Source: Minisyncoccota bacterium (GTDB lineage: Bacteria > Patescibacteriota > Minisyncoccia > Phycocordibacterales > GWA1-40-21). From it: 64,000 nt of DNA. Within the stretch, counting starts at the first letter, position 1. Every line of letters starts with the position of its first letter. The notes beneath the pieces are model-generated. The model was given only the letters and a program-made list of their open reading frames with translations, was not told the origin of the DNA and did no database searches. The stretch is from assembly GCA_041663045.1 (NCBI GenBank), contig JBAZRH010000001.1:84403-148402 (forward strand), in the 5' to 3' direction. A program made the position numbers and the translations under genes. Below, piece after piece: positions 37,507 to 46,592 of the stretch.

Positions 37507-38623
37507 GTTGAAGTCCTATTTGGATTATTTCTCCGGCTATTACCTTTGCTGAGTCGCCTTTTATAAAACTTTTTGCTCCAGTAGTCATCTTTTTATATAG
37601 TTCTTTATCATCCATTATTCTAATTATTTCAGTGAGAAGGATATTTGAAGAAAGATTTTTCTCTTCAATAATTGTAGCTGCACCAAATCTAGCATAGTTA
37701 TAAGCGTTTTCTCTTTGATGATTACCGTTTGAGTCTGATATTGGAATTATAATACTAGGAAGTCCCCATGAAGCGATTTCAAATATGGCGGAGCCGGCAC
37801 GCGATATAATCAGACTTGAAACGCCAGCTGCCATACTGATATTTAGATTATCTAAATAATCATACGGCCTATATCTTGTCTTATATTGACTTTCTGAAAG
37901 CACAACACTAGCTGTTCTAGAGACTTCTTCTATATTAGCTTTACCTGTTTGGTGTATTACATAATATCTTTCTACAAGTTGTGGAAGGATATTTAATATC
38001 TGTTCATTGATAAGTTGAGAACCGAGAGATCCGCCGATGATAAAGATCACTGGTGCGTCTTCTTGCATGCCCAAGAACTCTCTTGCTCCGGATACTGTTG
38101 GTGACAGAACAGCTTTTCTTATAGGATTTCCAGTATAAGCTACCTTTGTTTTATCAAAATATTCCATCGTCTCTGGATATGATACTGCAATTTTATTTGC
38201 AAATTTAGCTGACCATGTGTTTGTTCTGCCGGGTATACTATCAGATTCATGTATAATCACAGGGATTTTTAGAAGTCTTGCAGCAAAAAGTACCGGGAAG
38301 CTAGTGTAAGCGCCTTTGCTAAAAATCACATCCGGATAGAGTCTAAAAAGTTTAATCGTTGCAGAAATTATTCCGAAGGAAGTTTTAAACAGATCAAAAA
38401 AATTTAGTAAAGAAAAATATCTACGAACTTTTCCTGCCGATATTTTTATAAAGGTAATATTATTATCTAGAAGCGCTTCAGAATCATAAGGCGAATCTGA
38501 CATAAAAAAGATCTCAACAGGTAAAAGCTTTTCTTCTTTTACTTGTCTGTTTATTTCTTCCGCTACGGCAATAAGTGGATAAAAATGTCCACCCGAGCCA
38601 CCTCCTGTAAGTAATATTTTCAT
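37496..38623 (-). CDS. murG: UDP-N-acetylglucosamine--N-acetylmuramyl-(pentapeptide)-pyrophosphoryl-undecaprenol N-acetylglucosamine transferase
   Basis: N-terminus MKILLTGGGSGGHFYPLIAVAEE. GT28 C-terminal domain. Start set at MKILL. Confidence 0.9.
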   Translation of the reverse strand: MKILLTGGGSGGHFYPLIAVAEEINRQVKEEKLLPVEIFFMSDSPYDSEALLDNNITFIKISAGKVRRYFSLLNFFDLFKTSFGIISATIKLFRLYPDVIFSKGAYTSFPVLFAARLLKIPVIIHESDSIPGRTNTWSAKFANKIAVSYPETMEYFDKTKVAYTGNPIRKAVLSPTVSGAREFLGMQEDAPVIFIIGGSLGSQLINEQILNILPQLVERYYVIHQTGKANIEEVSRTASVVLSESQYKTRYRPYDYLDNLNISMAAGVSSLIISRAGSAIFEIASWGLPSIIIPISDSNGNHQRENAYNYARFGAATIIEEKNLSSNILLTEIIRIMDDKELYKKMTTGAKSFIKGDSAKVIAGEIIQIGLQHEQ

Positions 38624-38627
38624 AATT

Positions 38628-39740
38628 TTAATTTTTCTGTTGTAGTTTTGCTGATCTCGATACACTGATTATAATACCTATTTGTATAAGTGTTATAAAC
38701 ATAGCCGTTCCTCCCTGACTAAAGAAAGCCAATGGTACACCAGAAATAGGTATAACGCCGAGCATTGATGCAATATTCATGAATGAACGGCACGTTATAA
38801 GTATAACAATTCCTATGACCAAAAGTCCACCAAAGGAATCAGGAGATCTTATGGCTATTCTAAAAGCCCTGAAGACGAAAAATAGAAAGAGTAATATTAT
38901 AAAAATACATCCAATAAAACCGAGTTCTTCTCCAGCGACAGCGAAGATGGAGTCGCTTATAGACTCTGGTAGAAATTTAAACTTCTGTATACTTTGTCCA
39001 AGTCCTCTTCCAAACATTCCACCAGACCCCACAGCAATAAGCGATTGCTGTATTTGATACCCTGAAGACTGTGCATTATCTGCTGGATTAAAAAAAGAAG
39101 TAATTCTTGTCATGATGTATGGCCTAGATAATGCAAGGACGACTAAGAATAAAAGTCCAATAAGACCGACAGCGATTATGTGTTTAAATTTACCTCCAGC
39201 CGAGACGAGCATCACTACACCTACGAATCCAAGTATAAGGAAAGAGTCTGCATCTGGTTGTAAAAGTAATAATATTCCAGAAATACCAAGAAGTATAAGT
39301 AGGGGTAATAAGCTGTATCTAAATTGTTCAATTTTATCTTTTACAAAAGAAAACCAGGCGGCCAGGTATATAATAAATCCAGTATTTAATATTTCAATCG
39401 GTTGAAATGTCATGCCCGCAATATCAATCCATCTTTTTGCTCCGTTTATTGATACTCCCAGTTGAGGGACAAAGACAAGTATCATTGATATTACTGATAA
39501 TAAGAAAATATAAAAAGAATATTTTTTGAGAATTCTGTAGTCTAGTCTTGATACTAAGTAGCAGGCAACAAAGCCGACAAAGAGCCCCCAAAAAACCTGT
39601 CTAAACATTATTGATGCAAACTTAGCGCTATCTTTTGCAAGTATTCCCATTGATGCTGAAGTAAAGACAGCAAAACCCAAAACAGCCATAATTAAGACGG
39701 TGGAAAAAAAGACCTTATCTACCTCTCTTTTTTGAGACAT
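38628..39740 (-). CDS. ftsW: SEDS-family peptidoglycan glycosyltransferase (FtsW/RodA)
   Basis: Ten predicted TM segments with conserved SEDS blocks. Located between mraY and murG. Confidence 0.85.
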   Translation of the reverse strand: MSQKREVDKVFFSTVLIMAVLGFAVFTSASMGILAKDSAKFASIMFRQVFWGLFVGFVACYLVSRLDYRILKKYSFYIFLLSVISMILVFVPQLGVSINGAKRWIDIAGMTFQPIEILNTGFIIYLAAWFSFVKDKIEQFRYSLLPLLILLGISGILLLLQPDADSFLILGFVGVVMLVSAGGKFKHIIAVGLIGLLFLVVLALSRPYIMTRITSFFNPADNAQSSGYQIQQSLIAVGSGGMFGRGLGQSIQKFKFLPESISDSIFAVAGEELGFIGCIFIILLFLFFVFRAFRIAIRSPDSFGGLLVIGIVILITCRSFMNIASMLGVIPISGVPLAFFSQGGTAMFITLIQIGIIISVSRSAKLQQKN

Positions 39741-39741
39741 T

Positions 39742-40809
39742 TTATATAAGTGCCAAAATTAATCCGAAGACTGCGCAAACGATGCTTACAATCCAATATC
39801 GCATAGAGACTTTATATCCCGGCCAACCTTTGGCTTCGAAATGATGGTGTATTGGTGCAACAAGAAATATCTTTTTACCTCGAAACTTTTTAGATAAAAG
39901 TTGAATTACTACAGAAAGAGTTGTAATAATTAGCGGAAAGGCAATAATGGGAAGAACCGCAACTCCCCTACCATCTACCATTGAATCTGTCATGAAGGCG
40001 ATAATACCGAGCGTAATAGTAAGTGCCATACTTCCGGTCTCTGACATATAAAAACGTGCCGGAGGGATATTAAACCACAAGAAAGCAAGAATAGAACCGA
40101 CAACAACAATACAAAAGGCTGCAAGATTTATCTGGTTTTGGAAAAAAGCGATACCTGCATATGCAGCAAAAGCGGAAGCAAAAACCCCTCCAGAAAGTCC
40201 ATCTATGCCATCTATAATTCCACCAGAATAGATAAGAAGAATTACCATGATGAAGATTGGAATGAACCAGAAACTAAGATCGATACCGTAAATGAACGGG
40301 AAATTTATTGTATTGACTTCGAGTTTGAAATAAAACCATAGAGAAATCAGAAAAGAAATTATTGCTACAAGAAAAAGTCTTTTTCTTAACGAAAGACCTC
40401 CGGCATAGTTTCCACCACTACCTCTTATATCAAGAATATCATCCAGGAGGCCGATGATTGCACCGAGGAACATTGTCGAAAACGGTATCCACGTCTGATT
40501 TCTACTTAAGAAATCAAGCTTGGTCAAAATGTCTGTCGGGAAAAAGTGCGCCAAGAGCCATAGACCAACGGTTGTAATAATCACCGATGCCCAGATGACA
40601 ATACCTCCCATTCTTGGGGTGCTTGTCTCTCTTGTAGCGTGGAGACTGTTGAATATAGGCGTTCCGCCACCGTCTATTGCGACAGTCTTAGCTTTCTTTT
40701 TCCACATTTCGTTCTTGTATAGAAAGTTTGTGATGAAAGGCGTTATGAGAATACCAACAACGAAGGAAATTATAGCCGGCAATATTACTTTAATTACATT
40801 TATAGCCAT
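39742..40809 (-). CDS. mraY: Phospho-N-acetylmuramoyl-pentapeptide-transferase
   Basis: IDGIDGLSGGV and APIHHHFE motifs in a multi-TM protein. Confidence 0.9.
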   Translation of the reverse strand: MAINVIKVILPAIISFVVGILITPFITNFLYKNEMWKKKAKTVAIDGGGTPIFNSLHATRETSTPRMGGIVIWASVIITTVGLWLLAHFFPTDILTKLDFLSRNQTWIPFSTMFLGAIIGLLDDILDIRGSGGNYAGGLSLRKRLFLVAIISFLISLWFYFKLEVNTINFPFIYGIDLSFWFIPIFIMVILLIYSGGIIDGIDGLSGGVFASAFAAYAGIAFFQNQINLAAFCIVVVGSILAFLWFNIPPARFYMSETGSMALTITLGIIAFMTDSMVDGRGVAVLPIIAFPLIITTLSVVIQLLSKKFRGKKIFLVAPIHHHFEAKGWPGYKVSMRYWIVSIVCAVFGLILALI

Positions 40810-40846
40810 TTGGGTATTATATAATTTTTCGTGACTAAAATAAAGA

Positions 40847-41767
40847 TCACTCGGAGAGTTTTTGTAAAGTGAGTTTGACCAGGTTCTCTACATCCGTAAA
40901 CCTTCCATCCTCGGTCGATCCAAGTGCAACTACAGCGACAGGGTGCATAAAGCCCGCATCAAATACTATAGCCAGATTTCCACCCGCAAGGTCTGTAAAA
41001 CCAGTTTTTGAAGCCAAGATTTGTGGAATCTTATTTATATAGGTATTTGTATTTTTTGCTTCATGTTTGATTTTGTCATCAGAATTATAGGAAGTTTTTT
41101 CTAGGACGGTATCTGATATCAAGCTTGGATTATTTTTAATAATATATGCTAAGAGATGTGTTATGTCGTAAGCAGAGCTATATGCACCGGACAGATCTTT
41201 GTCTATATCAAGACCTGTTTCATTCAGAAATACTGTGTCTCTCAGTAAAATATCTTCAGCTTTCTTATTCATCAGGGATACGGTATTTTCACTACTTGTG
41301 CTATGTATCAGACTATAATTATTTATTGCACTAGCGATAGCCTGTATGCCATCATTTGAAGATGTAATAAGACTAAAATCAATTAAGTTTTTAAGTCCCC
41401 ACCTCTCTCCTACTAATAACCCACTATCCCCTTCTTCTTTTATTGCATCTAAATCTATTTTTATAATAGTATTCTGTGGTAAATTCTCTTTTGCTATAAG
41501 GGCAGTCATAAGCTTTGTGACAGAAGCAAGTGGAAGATGTGTGTGCTCATCTTTTGCGAATATGATTTTGTCTGCCAGGATGTCATAAACACAATACGAC
41601 TTTGCCGTTATGTCTTTAAATGAAGAGTAATCGAATATTTTTAGTGGTTGTTCCACAACCTCTTTCGTCTTTATATCTCTATCTATAATTATAGACAGAG
41701 ACAAAACAACCAAAATTATAATAGCTACAAAAAACCATTTTTTTTTAATAAATACTAAAGTCCCCAT
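40847..41767 (-). CDS. D-alanyl-D-alanine carboxypeptidase (S11 / PBP5-like)
   Basis: Signal/TM N-terminus. SxxK (ASVTK) and SxN (SSND) active-site motifs. Confidence 0.7.
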   Translation of the reverse strand: MGTLVFIKKKWFFVAIIILVVLSLSIIIDRDIKTKEVVEQPLKIFDYSSFKDITAKSYCVYDILADKIIFAKDEHTHLPLASVTKLMTALIAKENLPQNTIIKIDLDAIKEEGDSGLLVGERWGLKNLIDFSLITSSNDGIQAIASAINNYSLIHSTSSENTVSLMNKKAEDILLRDTVFLNETGLDIDKDLSGAYSSAYDITHLLAYIIKNNPSLISDTVLEKTSYNSDDKIKHEAKNTNTYINKIPQILASKTGFTDLAGGNLAIVFDAGFMHPVAVVALGSTEDGRFTDVENLVKLTLQKLSE

Positions 41768-41769
41768 GT

Positions 41770-42363
41770 TTATATCTGTTCTACTGTCTTTTCTTCCGAA
41801 TCTTTAGTTTTATCATCCTCCACCTCTTCTTGTCTTTGAGAATTTTTAAAACCTTCGATTTCCTCTTTTGCTTTGGCGAACTCCGGCATTTCTTCTATTT
41901 TTGAAAGTCCAAGATATGAAAGAAGTTCAAAAGTCGGTTTATATAGGAAGCTTCTCTGATCTTTTGGATTTTGGATTTTTTCTACCAGCCCGCGAATCAT
42001 AAGATTTCTCAAGATAAATGTGGATTGCACGCCTCTGATATAGTCTATTTCTGCGCGAGAAAGTGGTCCCTGATAGATAATGATAGAAAGCGTTTCAAGT
42101 CCTGCTCTACCCAAATCTCTCACAAGCTCTTCTTTTGTAAGTTTTTCTATAAGCTCCGAAGTATCTTTTGAGGTACCAAGTGTGACTTCGTTTTCTTTTC
42201 TCACTAGTACTATTCCTCTATCCAGAAGTTTTTTCTCAAGCTCGATAAGACTTGTCGAAATCTCTTCTTCACTTTTATTAAAAATCTGTGCGAGCTTTTT
42301 GATCGCAATCGGCTCCCCTTTCCAGAAAAGCACCGCTTCTAATTGTTTTTCTAAATTATTCAT
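41770..42363 (-). CDS. scpB: Segregation and condensation protein B
   Basis: LEAVLFWKGEPIAIKKLAQI matches the ScpB winged-helix N-terminus. Acidic C-tail. Confidence 0.8.
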   Translation of the reverse strand: MNNLEKQLEAVLFWKGEPIAIKKLAQIFNKSEEEISTSLIELEKKLLDRGIVLVRKENEVTLGTSKDTSELIEKLTKEELVRDLGRAGLETLSIIIYQGPLSRAEIDYIRGVQSTFILRNLMIRGLVEKIQNPKDQRSFLYKPTFELLSYLGLSKIEEMPEFAKAKEEIEGFKNSQRQEEVEDDKTKDSEEKTVEQI

Positions 42364-42388
42364 AATTGATTTTGTTTAATGGGTGTAG

Positions 42389-42479
42389 ATGCACTCTTTT
42401 TGGAAACTTGCGAGCGCGACTGGCGCGAGCACGAGGAATTTTTTAGCAAAAAAATATCCGTGTTCCAAAAAGAGTGCAT
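42389..42479 (+). repeat. Structured intergenic element, copy A (scpA-scpB spacer) of a 3-member family
   Basis: 17-bp terminal stem (atgcactctttttggaa / ttccaaaaagagtgcat) enclosing the conserved boxes GCGAGCGCGACTGGCGCGAGC and ACGAGGAATTTTTTAGCAAAAAAATATCCGTG. Confidence 0.5.
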
Positions 42480-42491
42480 CGAAACCCCTAA

Positions 42492-43223
42492 TCATCCATA
42501 CATTGGTATTCCAACATGCTTACTTTCCATCTTTATATCATCAAATTTATTTTCCTGCGAGGCTTCTATTATACCTTGTTTTACAAGCTCTAGCATAGCC
42601 AAGAAGCTCACAATCACATTTATTTTTTCTGATTTCCCCATACCAGAGAATTCTTTGAAACTCATTTTCAAATGGTTTTTTACTCTATCTGTAAGACTCG
42701 TAATCATCTCTTCTAAACTCACCACTTTAGTTATTTTTACCTGTGGTTTTTTTTCAAATTTTGGAAGATTTTTAATAACTTCAAAAATAGCCTTGGCGAT
42801 ACTTTCTTTTGTCATGGAAGAATCCGGCGAGAAGACAGGTTCGAATTTTCTAGTATTTGGAAAAAAGATTATCTTTTTACAGAAATTATTTTTTATATGA
42901 ATACTAAGCTCCTTGATTCTCTTATAGATTTTAAGTTTAAGCTCGAGGTCGTGTATATCACTCTTTTCTTCATCAGTAAGGTTGAGTGTCGGTAAAAGAG
43001 ATTTCGATTTTATGAGAAGTAGTGTAGAGGCTATCACGAGGAATTCTGAAGCATCTTTTATCGGGAATTGTTCTCTATTTTGCAAATGTGCGATAAAATC
43101 ATCCGCGACTTTCGCAAGCGAAATATCATTTATCAAGAGTTTTCTCTTTTCAATAAGCGAAAGTAGCAGGTCCATCGGCCCCTCAAATACCTCCGTTTTA
43201 ATTTTGAATTGATTCTCAGTCAT
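42492..43223 (-). CDS. scpA: Segregation and condensation protein A
   Basis: FEGPMDLLLSLIEKRKLLINDISLAKVADDF matches the ScpA N-terminal signature. Confidence 0.8.
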   Translation of the reverse strand: MTENQFKIKTEVFEGPMDLLLSLIEKRKLLINDISLAKVADDFIAHLQNREQFPIKDASEFLVIASTLLLIKSKSLLPTLNLTDEEKSDIHDLELKLKIYKRIKELSIHIKNNFCKKIIFFPNTRKFEPVFSPDSSMTKESIAKAIFEVIKNLPKFEKKPQVKITKVVSLEEMITSLTDRVKNHLKMSFKEFSGMGKSEKINVIVSFLAMLELVKQGIIEASQENKFDDIKMESKHVGIPMYG

Positions 43224-43758
43224 TTTTCAGCTTACTATATAGGTATTCATCCGTCATCTTACCATTCTTAAAATAACTTCTTCTCATAATTCCTTCAAGT
43301 TTAAAACCAGTTTTTTCTAAGACTTTTTTAGACCCTTCATTCCAAGGGTATACTGTAGCTGATATTCTGCATATTTTTGTGTTTTTGAAAATATATTCAA
43401 TAAACAATTCTATTGCTTCTGTAATTATTCCTTTTCCCCAAAATTTTTCGTCTAGCCAGTATCCAAAACTCATAGCACTATTATTACTATTTTCTTTAAT
43501 GCTTCCTCCAATTCCACCAGCAAAGACACCGTTTACTTCTATTGCGAGTTTAAGTGGGAATTTTATGATAGTTTGTTCTTTAAGATTTCTCTCAACCCAT
43601 AATTTTGCGTCTTTTTTAGTGTACGGATTCGGCCAACCAGAATACATATTCTTTGCGATTGCTTTATTGTTCGCAATTTTAGCCATAGGATCTATATCAT
43701 CCTTTTTGTATGATCTCAATACACACTTATTTCCTTTTAATATTATTTCTCTCTTCAT
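43216..43758 (-). CDS. GNAT-family N-acetyltransferase (RimJ/RimL-like)
   Basis: Acetyl-CoA-binding block WLDEKFWGKGIITEA and the GNAT fold pattern. Confidence 0.7.
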   Translation of the reverse strand: MKREIILKGNKCVLRSYKKDDIDPMAKIANNKAIAKNMYSGWPNPYTKKDAKLWVERNLKEQTIIKFPLKLAIEVNGVFAGGIGGSIKENSNNSAMSFGYWLDEKFWGKGIITEAIELFIEYIFKNTKICRISATVYPWNEGSKKVLEKTGFKLEGIMRRSYFKNGKMTDEYLYSKLKND

Positions 43759-43799
43759 TTTATAATTAAAACATCTATAACAACCACAACATTTATAAC

Positions 43800-45197
43800 T
43801 TATTTCTTTTTCTTAATCTCCAATCTCAAATCCCTAAGTTGTTCGGCAGAGACTTCTCCAGGGGCGTTCATCATTAGGTCCTTACCCTCACCGTTTTTTG
43901 AGAAAGCGATAACTTCGCGAATATTCGGTTCGTTTTCAAGAATCATAATCATCCTATCGAGTCCCCAGGCAATACCGCCATGCGGAGGTGTACCAGCACT
44001 CAAAGCTTTCAGCATATGGCCATATTCTCTCTCAATCTTTTCTTCACTGTATTCCATTATTTCGAGCACCTTCTTAAGCGCTTCGGGCTTATGATTTCTG
44101 ATACTTCCGCCACCCATTTCAGAGCCGTTCAATGCTATATCATATTGCGAAGCGACTATCTTTTCTATATTTTTCTTATTCATAAGATCGTCAAAAGATT
44201 CTGGTTTTGTTCCCGAAAAAGGATTGTGTGTAAATGTCCATTTGCCGTCCTCACCTTTTTCAAACATTGGAAAGTCTACAATCCAAGCAAATGCCAATAA
44301 ATCCGGATCATTTTTATCTGTCCTTATATCAGGTTTATCAGAGCCGTATTTCGCCATCGCCTCGGCGTACGGAATCTTTGGAAAAGGAATTTGCTGAATT
44401 TTCTTCTGAGGATACAAAGTCTTCACTACTTCTATAATAGCTTTTTCATTTACAGCCATAACATCTTCTTCTGTGGCGAAGCTCATTTCTAAGTCCATCT
44501 GGGTGAATTCTGGTTGTCTATCACCTCTTGAATCTTCATCTCTATAACACCTTGCAAATTGAAAATATTTTTCAAATCCTGAAGCCATCAATATTTGCTT
44601 GTATTGCTGTGGTGACTGCGGAAGGGCGTAGAAATTGCCCGGCTCCAATCTTGAAGGGACCAAGAAATCTCTTGAACCTTCTGCCGTGGCGACAGTAAGG
44701 CTTGGAGTTTCCACTTCGCAAAAACCCTCCTTCTCCAAAATATTTCTGACAAGAAGCATTACTTTATTTCTATTTCGAATATTTTTCTGCATCCTCGGTC
44801 TTCTCAAATCCAAATATCTGTATTTCAAACGTGCATCTTCTCCTACATCCATGCCGTCACCACGTACATCTATCGCCGGAGTTTCCGCTTCATTTAATAC
44901 AGTCATGAAAAGTATTTCCACTTCTACTGCGCCATTTGCCTCATCTTTATTTACCATCCTTTCCGGTCTTGCATTTACTTTACCTGTAACTTCTACAACC
45001 CATTCAGGACGAACAGTATTTGCTAAAGTATGGGCTTCTTTGTGATTTGGCAATGCCACCATCTGCACCTTGCCGGACATATCACGTATATCTATGAAAA
45101 TAAGTTTTCCGTGATCACGCCTTACATCCACCCAGCCTTTTATGAGGACTTCTTCCCCCACCTTTCTCGCCAATTCTTTTATATATGTTCTTTGCAT
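43800..45197 (-). CDS. aspS: Aspartate--tRNA ligase, bacterial-type catalytic core but lacking the GAD insertion domain (465 aa)
   Basis: N-terminal OB fold. LPQSPQQYKQILMASGFEKYFQFARCYRDEDSRGDRQPEFTQMDLE is the bacterial AspRS motif 2. GSDKPDIR runs almost directly into WIVDFPMFE, so the ~130-aa GAD domain is absent. Motif 3 is present at the C-terminus. Confidence 0.85.
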   Translation of the reverse strand: MQRTYIKELARKVGEEVLIKGWVDVRRDHGKLIFIDIRDMSGKVQMVALPNHKEAHTLANTVRPEWVVEVTGKVNARPERMVNKDEANGAVEVEILFMTVLNEAETPAIDVRGDGMDVGEDARLKYRYLDLRRPRMQKNIRNRNKVMLLVRNILEKEGFCEVETPSLTVATAEGSRDFLVPSRLEPGNFYALPQSPQQYKQILMASGFEKYFQFARCYRDEDSRGDRQPEFTQMDLEMSFATEEDVMAVNEKAIIEVVKTLYPQKKIQQIPFPKIPYAEAMAKYGSDKPDIRTDKNDPDLLAFAWIVDFPMFEKGEDGKWTFTHNPFSGTKPESFDDLMNKKNIEKIVASQYDIALNGSEMGGGSIRNHKPEALKKVLEIMEYSEEKIEREYGHMLKALSAGTPPHGGIAWGLDRMIMILENEPNIREVIAFSKNGEGKDLMMNAPGEVSAEQLRDLRLEIKKKK

Positions 45198-45202
45198 GTT
45201 AT

Positions 45203-45475
45203 TTATAAATTAACTTTATTATTTCTATAATGAAAAGCTAAAAACAATACCAACCAAGAGCCTATTACTCCCGGTATAAAACTCAAGATAATTATAATGT
45301 CATTTATACTGAAACCATAGATCGTCCATAATAAAGTGCCTATTCCAAATGTAAAATATGTAGCAAAAGAGATATTTTCACCGGATTTTGACCTATATAT
45401 TTTATAGGCCTGCGGATAATATCCTAAAGACATTAATATACCTAAGATGGTTGTAGCGATTTGTAGTATGTTCAT
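45203..45475 (-). CDS. SemiSWEET / PQ-loop small sugar transporter (3 TM, 90 aa)
   Basis: Three TM helices with PQ motif (LGYYPQAYKIYRSKS). Length is typical of SemiSWEETs. Confidence 0.7.
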   Translation of the reverse strand: MNILQIATTILGILMSLGYYPQAYKIYRSKSGENISFATYFTFGIGTLLWTIYGFSINDIIIILSFIPGVIGSWLVLFLAFHYRNNKVNL

Positions 45476-45477
45476 AA

Positions 45478-46080
45478 CTATTTTTTAATTCTATTAACCC
45501 ACCATTGGTCTTCTTTGTCTTCAAACCACCACTTATCGGAATCTGTTATTAATATACTTTCTGCCAGTGTCTTTGCTTCGTCCGTCTTCAACCTTTTAAC
45601 CGCACTCTTTATCCAAGACAATGCTCTTTTATTCCCTATGTCCACCTGCTCTTTTAGGGACATAATAAATTCGAGATTATCTGCATCTTTTGCTATCTTT
45701 GATTCAACGGTCTTCCTATCCTCATATTCTTCAATAGCCTCTTTTATCTTTGAACCAAAGAATATTTGCGAAGTCAGATCCTTAACCGCCCCCTTCTCAT
45801 CTCTTTTATTATATTTTTGATGCACATAATTTAAATCAGAAACTCTAGCCTCGGCCAAATCATGAAGTAGACACATATTTAATATTTTAGCCGAATCCAC
45901 ATTTTCCGCCATATTCGCAAGTGACATTCCTATATAACAAACCCTGTTGATGTGTTCTGCGACGCTTTGCTCTCCACTACCAAGAAAGAAGAAACCACTT
46001 CTAGGTGTTTTTGCCAACATCCCCGTCTCAAATAAGAAATTCGTTACTGACTCTAATTCTTTTTTCTCTAATTTCTTCAT
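45478..46080 (-). CDS. HD-domain phosphohydrolase (YfbR-like 5'-deoxynucleotidase family)
   Basis: H...HD motif (VAEHINRV...LLHDLAEARVSD) consistent with the HD superfamily. Confidence 0.7.
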   Translation of the reverse strand: MKKLEKKELESVTNFLFETGMLAKTPRSGFFFLGSGEQSVAEHINRVCYIGMSLANMAENVDSAKILNMCLLHDLAEARVSDLNYVHQKYNKRDEKGAVKDLTSQIFFGSKIKEAIEEYEDRKTVESKIAKDADNLEFIMSLKEQVDIGNKRALSWIKSAVKRLKTDEAKTLAESILITDSDKWWFEDKEDQWWVNRIKK

Positions 46081-46094
46081 TTCAATTTTATAAA

Positions 46095-46334
46095 TTATCC
46101 TTTAATATTATTTTTAACCCATCTACCTACTATCCAATTTATTATTTCTTTGCGATCCGTGTCTGGCGCGTCTTTTAATGCTTCACCGATTTCTTCCCCT
46201 AATGCATTTGGCATTTCCTCACTTCCGCTAACTATTTCTAAATACCTATCGAATTGTCTATCCGTAAGTTTTAAATATGTCTTTACCTCCTCATCTTGTC
46301 TCTCTGGCTTAAGCCATTCTTTAAAAGCTATCAT
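46095..46334 (-). CDS. Hypothetical small protein (79 aa)
   Basis: ORF with mixed charged composition, co-directional with its neighbours. No recognisable motif. Confidence 0.35.
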   Translation of the reverse strand: MIAFKEWLKPERQDEEVKTYLKLTDRQFDRYLEIVSGSEEMPNALGEEIGEALKDAPDTDRKEIINWIVGRWVKNNIKG

Positions 46335-46592
46335 ATTTATTTTATTAATCTTAAATTAAATTGCCCTCGCAAAAATCAAACTAAATCGTTTGGTTTTTGC
46401 GAGGGCGAACGAGTTCGCGGTGCCACCTCACTTTGTTCTCACTTGCCCGTTCGGATTTCTTTCCGAAGAAAATTGTTCGGGTTTTCGGGGCTCTACTTGC
46501 TTTTCAGCTTTCTTCCCCAAGCTCCACCGTGTTTGCGGTTTCAATGCTTATCTTGACATTATAATACCTAAATCTAAAGTATGCAATACAGT

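Noticed and set aside
42379-42900. 173-aa + ORF, plus 42389..42598 and 59794..60018, containing EEFFSKKISV and FLAKxYxCSKKS peptides
   Set aside because: The shared peptide motifs arise from translating the conserved nucleotide core of the repeated intergenic element. The ORFs otherwise run antisense through scpA or the dnaK downstream region.
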